Of a stretch of DNA of 64,000 nucleotides, positions 33,005-56,460 are shown one piece after another. Numbering within the stretch: the stretch's first letter is position 1; the number at the start of each line of letters is the position of its first letter. The notes under the pieces were generated by a model. That model searched no databases. It had not been told where the DNA came from and was given only the letters and a program-made list of their open reading frames with translations. This stretch comes from the human T2T-CHM13v2.0 reference genome, Homo sapiens: NCBI RefSeq assembly GCF_009914755.1, contig NC_060937.1; one strand, given 5' to 3'. Made by a program: the position numbers and the translations under genes.

Positions 33005-33602
33005 CTAGAAAAACATTTTAAATAAGCATAAACTTAATACTGCATTTTAAAATACATAACTTTACAATAACATGGTTTATATGACACTTTAATGCTAGAT
33101 GCAGTTTTATAACACACTGTGGCTCAACTTAAGTTTGTCAAATGACAAGAGAAAATGCATGTTGATTTTTCAACTCTGGCTATATTTTCATGCTTGAGCT
33201 GACCCCTTCATTGTATTTTTATTTTCTTTTTTCATTCCTTACACATACAGAATGTAAATAGTTTTAATATCAGCCTAAGTATCACCTGACTTAGAGAGCC
33301 AGTTTACCATCAAAAATAATGTATCTTTTGCTTGATGACTTGTGATGTAGAAAAAAAGAAAAAGAAATGTTTTATCCTAAAAGAAAAAAAAAAGGGAGTG
33401 AGGGATTTCATGTTTTGACTGTCTGCATCACTTAGAGGAGTCCACTGGTCCAGATAAAAAAAGAGTATGCTGGTATATTACTGCATCAAGGATGAACAAA
33501 GATGGCAAGCAAAGTAAGTTTCCAAAACCATTTATCCCTAACTTACTCTATGAGGATGAAATTCTGAATGATTCATCTTACAATCAAGAAATTGCCATTG
33601 TT

Positions 33603-33810
33603 AGTTGGGTGTGGTGGCTACCCTCCCCAGTGGCTGGGACTATAGATGTAGACTATAGATGTAGTATAGTCCCAGCCACTGGGGAGGGTGAGGTGGGAAG
33701 ATCGCTTGAGCCCAGGAGTTTGAGCTGCAGTGAGCTACGATTGTGCCACTACACTCCAGCCTGGGCAATAGAGCAAGACCCCATCTATAAATTTTAAAAA
33801 AGAAAGAAAA
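33603..33810 (+). mobile_element. Alu right-arm monomer with an internal inverted duplication
   Basis: Alu arm containing a perfect 25-bp inverted repeat. Confidence 0.8.
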
Positions 33811-33839
33811 GAAATTGCCATTGATTGTATAGTAACACA

Positions 33840-34008
33840 AGGGTTCTCAGACCAGCAACATCAGCACCAACTGGGAACTTGTTAAAAATGCAAATTCACA
33901 AGCCCACCTGGACCTACTCAATCGGAAGCCTGGGGGTGGAGCACAGCAGTCCATGTTTTAACAAGCCCTCCAGATGATTATGATGCTCACTCAAGTTTGA
34001 AAATCACT
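33840..34008. mobile_element. MER5A-like hAT-Charlie element (similar copies at ~25449-25617 and ~29540-29693)
   Basis: ggttctca...cagcatc...tgcaaatt...aagtttga.aa.cactg pattern. Confidence 0.7.
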
Positions 34009-34514
34009 GAACGAAGTCAAGAATACAGTGGGAAAAAAATACCTAGCACTCTGAGAACTTTATTAGAATGTATTTTTAAAAAATTGATCCAAAATATTAT
34101 GACATAGTCTTCATGTAATGAATTCTTTCATAGGACAACTATGATACATAGTAATGGTCTACAAGGAAATAAAACCTATAAACTGATCCACAGAGTAGGT
34201 TTACTGGTACCAAAGGTTAGCATTCATTCTTCACTGTATTTTTATGATCCTTTTTCATTAATATTGCACCTGAGTTGCTCTGGCAAAGATTTCCTGCACC
34301 ATTAGGTATACAAAAGTGGTAGTTATTACCAATTATTTGCTGAAATAAAATTAGCAGTAATCACCACCAAAACTTTTACTGTTTTTCTCCCATTGTTAAT
34401 TACAATATCCTAAGAACCACATATAATGTATCGAGCCCTTGTAAAGCTAACGAATAAACCAATTACATCTTTTGCATGAAGGAGAAATTCCATGTTAAAA
34501 CTCAAAAACTTATT

Positions 34515-34838
<324 letters not shown>

Positions 34839-34905
34839 AAAAACTTATTCTTTTATATAAACTGCATGTATACTTTCAAAGTGAGCTAATTTCTTTAGTA
34901 GTGAC

Positions 34906-35022
34906 CTTGGGAAGCCTTATTTCTTTCATGGCAAACATCTGATTACTGCTTTCATGCTGAACCAAAAGAGCTCTGCCGAAGGAGCCCTCCCCAATCATTC
35001 TCAGGACCATGTAGTCATCCAT
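34906..35022 (-). CDS. NEK3: NEK3 exon 2, first coding part (exon 34906-35079)
   Basis: Encodes [39 protein letters not shown]; 117 nt; acceptor tgcAG at 35080-35081. Confidence 0.95.
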
Positions 35023-35188
35023 GCTGGGGCATCCACACAGCTGGGCTCCACTCACGCAGTCACCATGGGCTCTCCCAAACTGCATTCAAAAGCAGAAACA
35101 TTTGAGAATTAAATGTACTTTCAAAAAGCAAAAATTAATTCAAAGTAGCTCTCATAACCATGATAAGAGAAAAGCAAATTATTCCTTT

Positions 35189-35695
35189 TGAAGAGGATCA
35201 GTGTATGCTACCCCAAAATATGCCACTTTCATGTAAGAATTGTTTTGAGCTGAAACCAATTTGCTCTTTGCCCTCCCTTTTTTGTATAAATGCAGGGCAT
35301 AAATTTTCCTATGTACAGGTAATAAATATCCATTTGTAAATGTGTCTTCCTTTCCAGTACCAGGAAGAGGAGAGCAACTCTTACCAATGGGGAAGGCACC
35401 AACTTGAGTCCACATAACAAACTTTACTGAATAACCCTTATCTTATGTTAGCTTCCGCCATATATTTACCTTCCTACAATTTACCCAAGAAGCATTCCCC
35501 TACTTTTGTCTAGTTACTTCTCTATAATTTATCACTCTTTGTTAAAATGGCATATGAGCCCCCTGGTCTAACCACTTCTTTACATTTATGCATAAACCTT
35601 TTTTCCTGTTAATCTATCTTTCATCAGTTTATTTTGCAGGGCCCAGCTACTGAACCTAAGAGGGCAGAGAAAAAATGTTTTTCCTCCCCTATACT
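35189..35695 (+). mobile_element. Solo LTR, MER34/MER39-like (ERV1)
   Basis: Starts tgaagaggatcag...ccccaaaatatgccacttt...ttttgagctgaa and ends ttttcctcccctata. Confidence 0.6.
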
Positions 35696-36689
35696 ACATA
35701 CAACAGGCAGACACTGAGCACCAACTCTGAGTCAGATGTTATAATCTGAAAAATCTCTCATAGTCCCTGCCAACGTGGACATCCCATGCAGAGATAACCA
35801 TAAACCTCAACAAATGTAGGCTATTTAAGCTGAAGCCTGAAGGATGAATGAAACTTGGCTAGACAAAGAGGAGGAAAAGAGTAATCAAGGAAGAGGAAAT
35901 TGCATATTTAAGAGCTAAAGAAATTACATTCAGTTCAAGAAATTGAAAGAAGAATGTAACAAGCTGCTGAAGCATTTTAACCAAGAAGGCAATATAATCA
36001 TATTTGCATATTAGAAAAAACATTCACTCAGATTGCAGATTAAATGGACCAGTGGAGGAGGGGCAGGAAGGCCAGCTCAGAGACACAGGCCAGTTAGGAG
36101 GCTCCAACAATAGAAAAGGCAGGAAAATAATGAAATGGAATAGAGTGGAGGCAATGGGGTCAGAAAAAATGGGAAGGAAAGATGTAAGAACAGTTGACAG
36201 GATTTGTGGTGGCAGATTTATGGGGGGCAAGCAGAGAAGGGGGCAAGGTTGACTCCCAAGTTTCTGGCATGAACCAGATGGTTTCTTGGCACTCCCTGAG
36301 AGAGGAAAGGCACAATGGTTGTGTGTGTGGTTTTTTGTTTGTGTGATTTTTCTGGAAGTGGGAGTGTTGCAGGGGTTGGGCAAAACATATTGATAGAAGA
36401 CAGACATGTGTTTCATTTTGGACATGCCAAACTGGAGGTTCCTGGGAGTCAAGAGAGATGTTAAACACACAGTTGGAGTCCTTGACTTCAGTCTCCCATC
36501 TATATTTCCAGGATGAAGCAGCTAGCGGGACTGCTTAGCACATAAGAGAAAATGGATAAAACGTTCCTAACACTTTGCCTGGTACATACAAGGTCCTGAA
36601 TAACTGGCAGCTATTATGATTATTAAAACCTTAGGGAAGTGATGCATTCTTTTTCATTGCAGGAAAAACACTGTAATGAATTTACTTGA

Positions 36690-37007
<318 letters not shown>

Positions 37008-37629
37008 CTAGTGTTCGTTTTTTAATTACACCACAAAGAATTATAAGGCAGAGAGAGCATGACAGGCAAAGCAAAAATCAAACTAAAACCTCTACTATAG
37101 TGACCTGTAAAAATTCCAGTTTGTATTACTGTTTATCACAGAATTACCAGGAAATCCTAGAAATAATTTCTTCATATAACCAAATCAGTCATACACATTG
37201 TCTTCGAAACAATGTTTTTCCAAGATCGATGAGGTCTTTTGAGTGTATATAGATGTGAAAGAAACAAGTCCTTTACTACTATTCTAACACCTGGTATTAC
37301 ACGGTTTAACATGGAAGCCAAGTTTCCCCATGATCTTATTCTTCGTTTCTTCGGGGCTTTATTCTATGCAATGGAGAGTAACTGAAAATTAAGAGCAACC
37401 AGACTTCTTAGCTGAAAACCACATTTGATATTTTCTGCCCACATTTGCCTGTTACTCAATATTACACCCATATGATCATTACAAGACCTGAATACACTCT
37501 GGACATGGCAAAAGTATATCGGCCCCTTCGCATGCCTGCAACAATACTTTTAAAAACCTAATAAAGTGATTTGCAAATACCCAGAAGTGGGATCACCAGT
37601 GAGATACGGGCTAAGTTCAGAAAGGTCCC

Positions 37630-38070
37630 TGAAACCACCTTTACAGATGTATAAGTAATGCGAGAAATCTAACATGACTGACTCCATCTTGCTTCTAACC
37701 TCACGGGCTAAGTTTTCACCGTGTTGTCGTTTTCTTATTCTAGCACAGAGGCTAGGATAACTGGGAGAGGGATTTCGTGTAAACTTCAAGACAAGGGAAA
37801 CTGACCCCACCCCTTCCTGGGAACCAACGAAGCCGCCCCGAGTTTCAGAAGCTCTTGTGATTTCATCCCCAGCCGGTCAACTGTTTCAGTTCCCCAGCCC
37901 CCCGAAGCCAAAATGCCCTTTAAAACCCTCGCCCCCGAATTCTCGGGGAGACAGGTCTGAGACCCTGTTCTGGTTTGGCCAGCCCTGCGCTTATTAACTT
38001 CTTTTTTTGCTGCAACAGCGGTTCTCACTGGTTCTTTCCGGGCAGCGAGCGAGAAGAATCCGTTGAGCCG
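37630..38070 (+). mobile_element. Solo LTR, LTR8-like (ERV1)
   Basis: 5' end tgaaaccaccttt...gactccatcttgcttctaacctc and 3' end ...gggcagcgagc..gaa.ccgtt are typical of the LTR8 family as I recall it. Confidence 0.65.
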
Positions 38071-38560
38071 GGGCCGGCGCCCGCGGGGCAACTGCACCGC
38101 GGGGGAGCCCAGTCGCCCCGCTCACCCGTGAGGGCCCTTTCTCCTGGAAAAGCCGCTCCGCCCTGCTGACCCCCACGGCACCGCGCGCCCAGACCCCAAG
38201 GCGGCGAGGGACTTGCGGGTTTGCGGCGAGTGGTCCAGACCGCGGGGCGGAAGTGAGGGGCGCGGCCGCGCGTCCGGGGCGCGTCTACCCCTCGCTCCCA
38301 CTCGGCTCCGCGCCGCGACCACGCGCCGCCCTCCTCGTTCTAGAGGCAGCCCGCCAGGGCGGGGACCACTCACCCGCTTCCCCGGCGACCCTAGTCCACT
38401 CCTTGGCCTGGCAACCGGCGGCTTCCGCGGGGCGGGCCCGGCGGGTCGTCTCTCGGGTTGCGGGTGAAGGAAGCCGCCTGGGTCTGGCGGGAGGCACTGT
38501 TCTTGGAGTAGCCGGGCCTACGAAGAGCACGTTTTAAAGCTGTTGTTCCACGTTGCGGTG
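37950..38560. promoter_or_regulatory. NEK3: CpG island / NEK3 promoter with two candidate first-exon donors (exon ends 38126 and 38374)
   Basis: CpG-rich tract; minus-strand donors CGG|GTGAGC (38124-38125) and CGG|GTGAGT (38372-38373); overlapping GC-box/ETS motif ggggcggaagtg at 38244-38255. Confidence 0.88.
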
Positions 38561-38705
38561 GAACAGTGCTGTTAACATTGAGGGAAATTGTCCCCGACTA
38601 ACTGAGTTCTGTCTGCAGGTTAAGTGAAAGCCTATGTAGATAAATTTCACGGGCACAGCACTCAGTGCTAGCTAGAACTTACTAGCTATGTGACCTTGGG
38701 CAATT

Positions 38706-39269
38706 GTGGAAGGCGGGATAATGCTTCCGCCTCAGGATGTCCACATCCTACTCCCTGGAACCTGTGCGTTTGTTCTCTTGCTTGGCAGAGGGGGTTAAGA
38801 TTGCAGATGGAATTAAGGTTGCTTATCAGCGGACTTTAAAATAAGGTGACGATCTTGGAGTGTGTGCTTGGGTAATTACAAAGTAATTACAAGGGTTCTC
38901 TAAAGTGGAAGGGGCCCAAAAAGAAGGTCAGTATGAGAAAGCTATTTGAAGGTGGAGGAAGGGGCAACAGCCAAGGAATGCAGCTGGCCTCAAGAAGCTG
39001 GAAGAGGAGCAGGCACAGTGTCTCATGTTTGCAATCCCAGTGCTTTGGAAGGCAGAGGCAGGAGAGGAACACTTTAGCCCAGGAGTTCGAGATCAGCCTG
39101 GGCAACATAGTGAGACACTCGTCTCTACGAAAAATTAACTAGACATAGCGACGGGCACTGTGGTCCCAGCTGCTCGGGGGATTGGGGCAGGAGGATCACT
39201 AGAGCTGGAGAGGGCTCATGATCCCACCACTGCAGTCCAGCTTTGGTGACAGAGCAAGAACCTGTCTCC

Positions 39270-39308
<39 letters not shown>

Positions 39309-39676
39309 AGGAGGAGGTGGGAGGTGGAAAAGGAGGAGAAGCTAGAAAAGGAGGGAAAAACAAAAAACAAAAACCAAATTGTTCCCCAGAGCTTCCAGAA
39401 GTAACAGTCCAGCTGACCCCTTGATTTTTTTGTTTTTTGAAACAGGGTCTTGCTATGTTGCCAAGACTGGTTTTGAGCTCCCGGGCTCAAGCGATCCGCC
39501 CACCTCAGCCTCCTGAGTGGCTGGGACTACAGGAAAACCACCATGCACACTGACGCCTTGATTTTAACCCAGTGAGCTGTATTTCTGAACTTCAGAACTG
39601 TAAGGTAATAAATTCGTGTCGTTTTAGCCACTTAGGTTGTCACAGTTTGTTACAGAAGCCTTAGGAAACTAATACA
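38706..39676 (+). mobile_element. MLT1 (MaLR) LTR interrupted by two Alu pieces (~39008-39300 +, ~39425-39545 -)
   Basis: tgtgg...gatgtccacatccta.tccctggaacctgtg ... ttttagccact.agg...aggaaactaataca. Confidence 0.72.
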
Positions 39677-39789
39677 GCAGAGTAACTAAATCCCTCTGTA
39701 TAAAAGTATAGAACCTACCTCATAGGATTACTGTGAACAACATCTGGTTACCCTTTACTTGTAAGCGCTGAACGTGTTCATTATAACGT

Positions 39790-40206
39790 GTCAACCAGAG
39801 TCAGAGAGACCGAAATCCAAGTAAAGAAGTTTATTGGCAGTCTGAGAATTGCAGTTCAAGGAACACAGATTCCAGAAGCATTTGAATTGTGTCCTGACCA
39901 GCTATTTTTGGGTAGGGTTTTTAAAGGAAGTAAGAAGTCAGTTCTCACTAGTTCATCCATAACCTTCGTAACCCACTATTTTGATTGAAGATAAAGCGTT
40001 ATCATGACAGTTCATTGGTTTCTAGGCAAAAGTCCTTGATTCAGGGGTTTGAGAAAAGTTCAGTCCTCAGCATGAAGTCCTTTTCATAATGGCAGCAATT
40101 TTGTCTGCAACATCAGCAAGTACATTCTGCAGTCAGGCAGTTGTAAAATGGCATTCAGGAACAAAATGGCTTTGCTCTGGCCAGCTCCAATTGCCTTCCT
40201 TCCACA
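39790..40206 (-). mobile_element. Probable solo ERV LTR (family unresolved)
   Basis: TG...CA-bounded ~420-bp block with minus-strand AATAAA (plus-strand tttatt, ~39830). Confidence 0.45.
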
Positions 40207-40264
40207 ATGTCAAAGTTAATGTACAACTATTCTGTAGTGTGGTGATAAGAGAAGGGAAATGCTA

Positions 40265-49666
<9,402 letters not shown>

Positions 49667-51623
49667 TAAAAAATACAAAGAAGAGCATTTCATTTTAATA
49701 CTCTGTCAAATAGTAAATATGATACTATTCTTTATCAGCCTACCCAATAACTATGAATGAAATCTATATACATTCTCCACCCACTGAAGGAAAATGAGAC
49801 ATCCATAAAATTTAATAGGTGTTGCTCAACATGTCTGTCACACTTGAGATACTGTACCTTGTATGAAAGACCAATTTAAAAATCCTCAAAGACAACCTTT
49901 ATTTTATTTGACTAATTTGTCATGGGTAAAATGTATAAGTAACTTATTAAAAAGGGACAATATACTTTGGAAGAAAAATTACCATAGTAACTCCCAAGAA
50001 GAATGTGACAATAAGCTCTTTGACAATAATATTGTGCATCATCTGGTTTCTGTTCCAAAGCCTTAGTCAGCTCCTACAAAAACAAACATGTGGAGTGTCA
50101 GTAACAGTTTGTAAAAAGCCATGAAATTCTAATTAAAACAATTTTTAATCAAATAACTTATTATCAGAAACTATTTGGAGGAAAGATAACAGGGATGTAA
50201 TCTTGGAGTTTTTCCTCATAAGAAAATCTCCCCTTCTCCTGCCCCTCCTCCCAAAAGTAGACAATCTAACATAGTATCTCTGTACTGTAAAGCATTTAGT
50301 TCCTGGCCTATAGAACTCAATAAATGGTCATTATTATCATCTCACATATTCTGAAGAGTTTAACTGATATACATTGACTATTACAGATTTTCTCCTTCTA
50401 ATTTGGAGAAGATTCAAACTCCATATAGAATTTGAGATTCCTAGAAAATGTGAAGCTGTCCAAAAAAAAAAAGACTAAAAGTTAAATCTAGAGCTCAGGG
50501 AGGTTAAGACAATCAATACATACACCATCAAGCTTACCTGGCCCTCTCTTATCCTCTATCAATAGCACACAACTCTAATAAAATGCAATTAAACATTCTG
50601 TTCAAAGCCCAGATACAATCTCATAGATGGCTATGGCAACTGATCAAGAGTTAACATTAGAGAGATTAAGACTTTTTTACCCTGTGCAGTCACAACATAT
50701 AGGTGTGGTAGCTGGAAAAATAATGATGTAAGAGATTACACAATTAGGGAGATCAAGGGCAAGTACAGGAACACTTTTATTTTCTGCCAGCTGCCTACAA
50801 ACTCTGGGGATTTGGTAGTTTTCTTAAATGGTAAAATTATTTCAATAGCCGCATGTGTCACTGACTTAGCTTTAACCTAGTTTAATTCTCACAAAGCAAT
50901 GAATACAGATGCCCCTCAACTCACATGGGGTTACAGTCAATCAACAGAAAGTGTGGCTCAAACTAAGAGAGCAAAGAAGCTGTAAGATGCTACTTCAAGG
51001 GCCTCACTTTGTACCTTGCAGGCTGTTACAAGGAATTTGGACCTTAGGTGTGATGGAAACCCATGGAAAGGTCATTGTTAGTAGGAGAGAGACATGGTCC
51101 AATTTACTTTTTAAAAATGTCATTCTGGTTGCTGTATGGTGAATACATTATAACAAATCAGCACTGGAAACAGAGACTTCTTAGGAAACTACTACATTAA
51201 ATCTAGGCTAGAAAAGGCTGTTAGCCACAGAGGTGATGAAGAGAAATACAATAAGCTGGAATATATTAGAACCAGCAAGACTTGCTAATGGGTGAACGTG
51301 TGGGATAAGAGAAACTGAAGATCACTCCATGGTTTGGGGCTTATTTAGATCTCTACCTGGCATGCAGTAAGCAGTCAATGGATGATTTTTCTCCTTGCAG
51401 ACTTTCTTCAACCTTTTCCCCAATCTCTACTTTGACTGCATCTCCTTTGCCACAAAATATAAAAATATTTGCCTCTCTAGTCTTAATCTTCTCAAAGCCA
51501 CTAGTAACCCCTTATCAAATCCAACTGATTCCTATCTGACTTGATCTCTCTGTGGCCCCTGACAATAATAACCAGGACTTTCAGCTTACCATTCTGTTGC
51601 CTCTTAAAAACTAATGTTTTCTG

Positions 51624-52085
51624 GGCTGGGGGCAGTGGCTCACGCCTATAATCCCAGCAATTTGGGAGGCCGAGGCAGGTGGATCACCTGAGGTCAGGAG
51701 TTCGAGACTAGCCTGGCCAACATGGTGAAACTCTATGTCTCTACTAAAAATACAAAAATTAATCAGACATGGTGGTGGGGTGGAACCAAAGAATTTACAT
51801 CAGCTGGGTGCAATGGCTCACGCCTGTAATCCCAGCACTTTGGGAGGCCAAGAAGGGGTGGATCCCTTGAGCCCAGGAGTTGGAGACCAGACTGGGCAAC
51901 ATGGGGAAAACCTACAAAAAATACAAAAACCAATTAGCCAGGCATGGTGCAGGCCTGTGGTCCCAGCAACTCGGGAGGGTGAGGTGAGAGGACTGCTTGG
52001 ACCCTGGGAGGAGGTAGTTGCAGCGAGCCATGATTGTGCCACTGCACTCCAGACTGGGTGACAGAGCAAGACACTATCCCCCAGA
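51624..52085 (+). mobile_element. Truncated Alu left arm followed by a J-like Alu
   Basis: Two Alu starts, at ~51624 and ~51803. Confidence 0.8.
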
Positions 52086-52529
52086 AAAAGAGTAACATTA
52101 ACTCTGAAATAGCTGGCCTAGGAACCCAGTTTGATGGAGGAATCTGAATGCTAAGCTAAGGATTTTGGAGTTTACCCTACAGGTAGCAAGAAAGGCATTG
52201 AGGGTTTCCATATATGAACATTATGTATTCCCAAGGGATATTTTTACTTGATTTTTTTGAGACAGAGTCAAAAAGAGAAGAGAACAGAAAAAACGAGAGA
52301 AAAATACAGGAAGGCCAGTATAGAACTGTTAACAATTCAAGAGCTGGCAAGCAAAGACACACTCAGAGCGCTTCTCTTTGTTTCCTTGCCCTCTGAACTG
52401 TTCAATAAATAGTGAAGAACACAAAGCTAACTGCAGTATTTGTTTCAGACCTGCTGCTGCTCTCCAATTTAAAAGCAATACAGGAACATTAAATTTGTCA
52501 CAGCTGAAATTGGTAAAGGCAGACCTCTA

Positions 52530-52869
52530 CAGGTGCTTCTTGACTTACAATGGGTTTATTGGGAGGGGAAGATATCGTAAGTCAAAATGTCTTTAATACA
52601 CCTAACCTACTGAGCATCAGAGCTTAGAAACGTACTCAGAACACTTACATTAACTTACATTTGGGCAAAATCATCTAACACAAATCCTGTTTTATTATAA
52701 AGGGTTGAATAGCTCATGTAATTTATGGGAATAATGTCCTGAACGTGAAAAACAGGATAGGTGTATGGGGACTCAAAGTTCGGTTTCTACTGAATGTGCA
52801 TCGCCTATGGAACCATCATAAAGTCAAAAAATTCTGAGTCAAACCTTCCTAAGCCCCGGACCGTCTGTA
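52530..52869. mobile_element. Tigger4-like (TcMar) DNA transposon
   Basis: ta|caggtgcttcttgacttacaatggg ... ccgtctg|ta; a short related fragment lies at ~50905. Confidence 0.65.
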
Positions 52870-54463
52870 TGTGAAGTGCTCCCTAAGGGGCACTATGCCA
52901 GATACCATGCCTAAGTGTTTTCCAACTTTCTGTACCACATTCAAAAGGAGCATCTTCATAGATGTTACTGACATCGTGGAAAATATTAGTCTTTCCTTTG
53001 TTTTGCAGCTGACAGGATTTTTAAAAGAAGCTCTAAACCACAAGCATATTCCAGCAGCTGTTTGTTCCTCCTAGTATGAGTTACTTCCTCCCTCTGCCAC
53101 CGTCGCTTGTATTCTAGTTTGAGGAAATATTAAGCAGCACAGTAAATCAGTCTGTTTTCAGAAATTGCTTAGTCCTGGAATTAATATATTTTATAAAACA
53201 GGTTTGCTTTAGCTCCTTAAGATTTGGTTACTTAGAATAAAATCTTCCCAGTTTAACAGGCAACTTGCATACATGTATAAATACATGAACTTTAAAAGCA
53301 CCTTTAGGATTAAGAGGGTTTTGTTATCTGTATTTACAGAATTTAAAGCTGATTACCTCAGCAAGTTTTAGAGCAATTTTAAGAATAGTAATAAGACAAG
53401 AATCTCAAGATAACACATTCTTTAGAACCAAGAACTTTAGAACCAAATGTGTAAATGGTTAAATGAAGGATGTTTTAACAACATGGTCTCAGCTGTGGAG
53501 ATATCATCATCTTTCAAAGCTACCTGCAAAAAAGGGACAATGACCTCACTGGCAAGTGAAAATTAGAAAAATTTAAGGAATTCTCAGCAAATTTCTTATC
53601 TTTTAAAATACCCATGGTCATCCCTTAAGAGGGTAAATGCACCTGTCATTAATAAGTAAGTGAGTTCATAAGCAATATTACCTCCAGGATTTTTAATTTC
53701 TTGGCAGGGATAATAGTGACATTAAAAGCAAGCTTATACGTTCCTATTAATAAGGAGCAGTAGATTTATTCAAAACCAATTTCTGCTTCAAAACACTTCC
53801 AAGCATATAAAAAATGCCATCCTTAAAAGAAGGATTCCCTATTTGATTGTCTCAGTTTATTATAATATGGATGGGCTTTGCATTCTAGATAACATGCCCT
53901 TTGTTTGCTGTTTTTGTATAGGAATTATCTCGGAATGTGATAATGCTGGGACTCTACTGATGGCTAGGCACTGCATATCTTCGTTATGTGCCCATTTCCA
54001 TTCATTCCTTAAAATATTATGAAACACTGTTACAAACAAAACATAATGTATAATTATAATATAGCTAACATATAGCATAATATATACAACATATAATAAC
54101 ATAAAAGCATGATGAAATGACCACCTGTGAACCTGCCGTCCAACTTGAGGAACAGAATGATAATACTGTCGAAGCCCCCGGGTGTCCCTACTCAATTACC
54201 CTGCCTTCCTGAAATGTTGATCATTTTCTCTATACTTTTATCACCTTTAGAGCTAAGAAAGTATATTCAAAATTTGGTTTTTGAATTTTATAAAATTCTG
54301 TTATATTGCATGCATTCTGCTGCAACTTACTGTCTTTAGGACACCGTGAAGATATCTACCCAGTGTTTTGAAATTCATCTAAGTATCTACACTCTAAAAG
54401 TGAATATCTGGCAGAAATAATCTCAGTCAATGAATTTTATAAACCCCTGAAATTAACACTTAC

Positions 54464-54601
54464 CTGCTTCATTGTTAATTGGAAACTCCCAGTTTCCCCT
54501 CTTTAATCCACTGGATCAGCTCTTCAAACCCATTCTGAAGGGATGTTCATTTTCTGTGGCTTATTTAGCAAATTCCACATCCCAAAGTGAAGGTGATGTG
54601 T
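54464..54601 (-). pseudogene. MRPS31P5: MRPS31-like pseudo-exon (DTSPSLWDVEFAK*...QNGFEELIQW..WEFPINNEA)
   Basis: tacAG acceptor and G|GTAAGT donor intact; TAA at 54561-54563 plus small frameshifting deletions. Confidence 0.88.
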
Positions 54602-54776
54602 CTGTATAAGGCATTTTAAATAAGAACAAGTCAGTGTAAACATCTTTTTAAAAAATGTTATAACCAATTCTGAATTGTGTATTTTTCATACCTTGACACT
54701 CATAATTACAGTATATAATAGAAAGTTGTATCACTGAGATTTAACTGCAACAAAAATTATGTTAAAGACTATAACT

Positions 54777-56460
<1,684 letters not shown>

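Noticed and set aside
36004-36470. ORFs of 82-148 aa in NEK3 intron 1
   Set aside because: Purine-rich sequence resembling a decayed L2 LINE fragment; no splice or homology support.
37786-38537. Overlapping ORFs at the NEK3 promoter
   Set aside because: Same GC-content artefact, partly within an LTR.
53400-53523. Segment after acceptor 53524 containing GATGATGAT, considered as the MRPS31 last exon
   Set aside because: No frame reproduces EFHEHIFLEKHL or the rest of the C-terminus; the similarity is limited to a DDD run.
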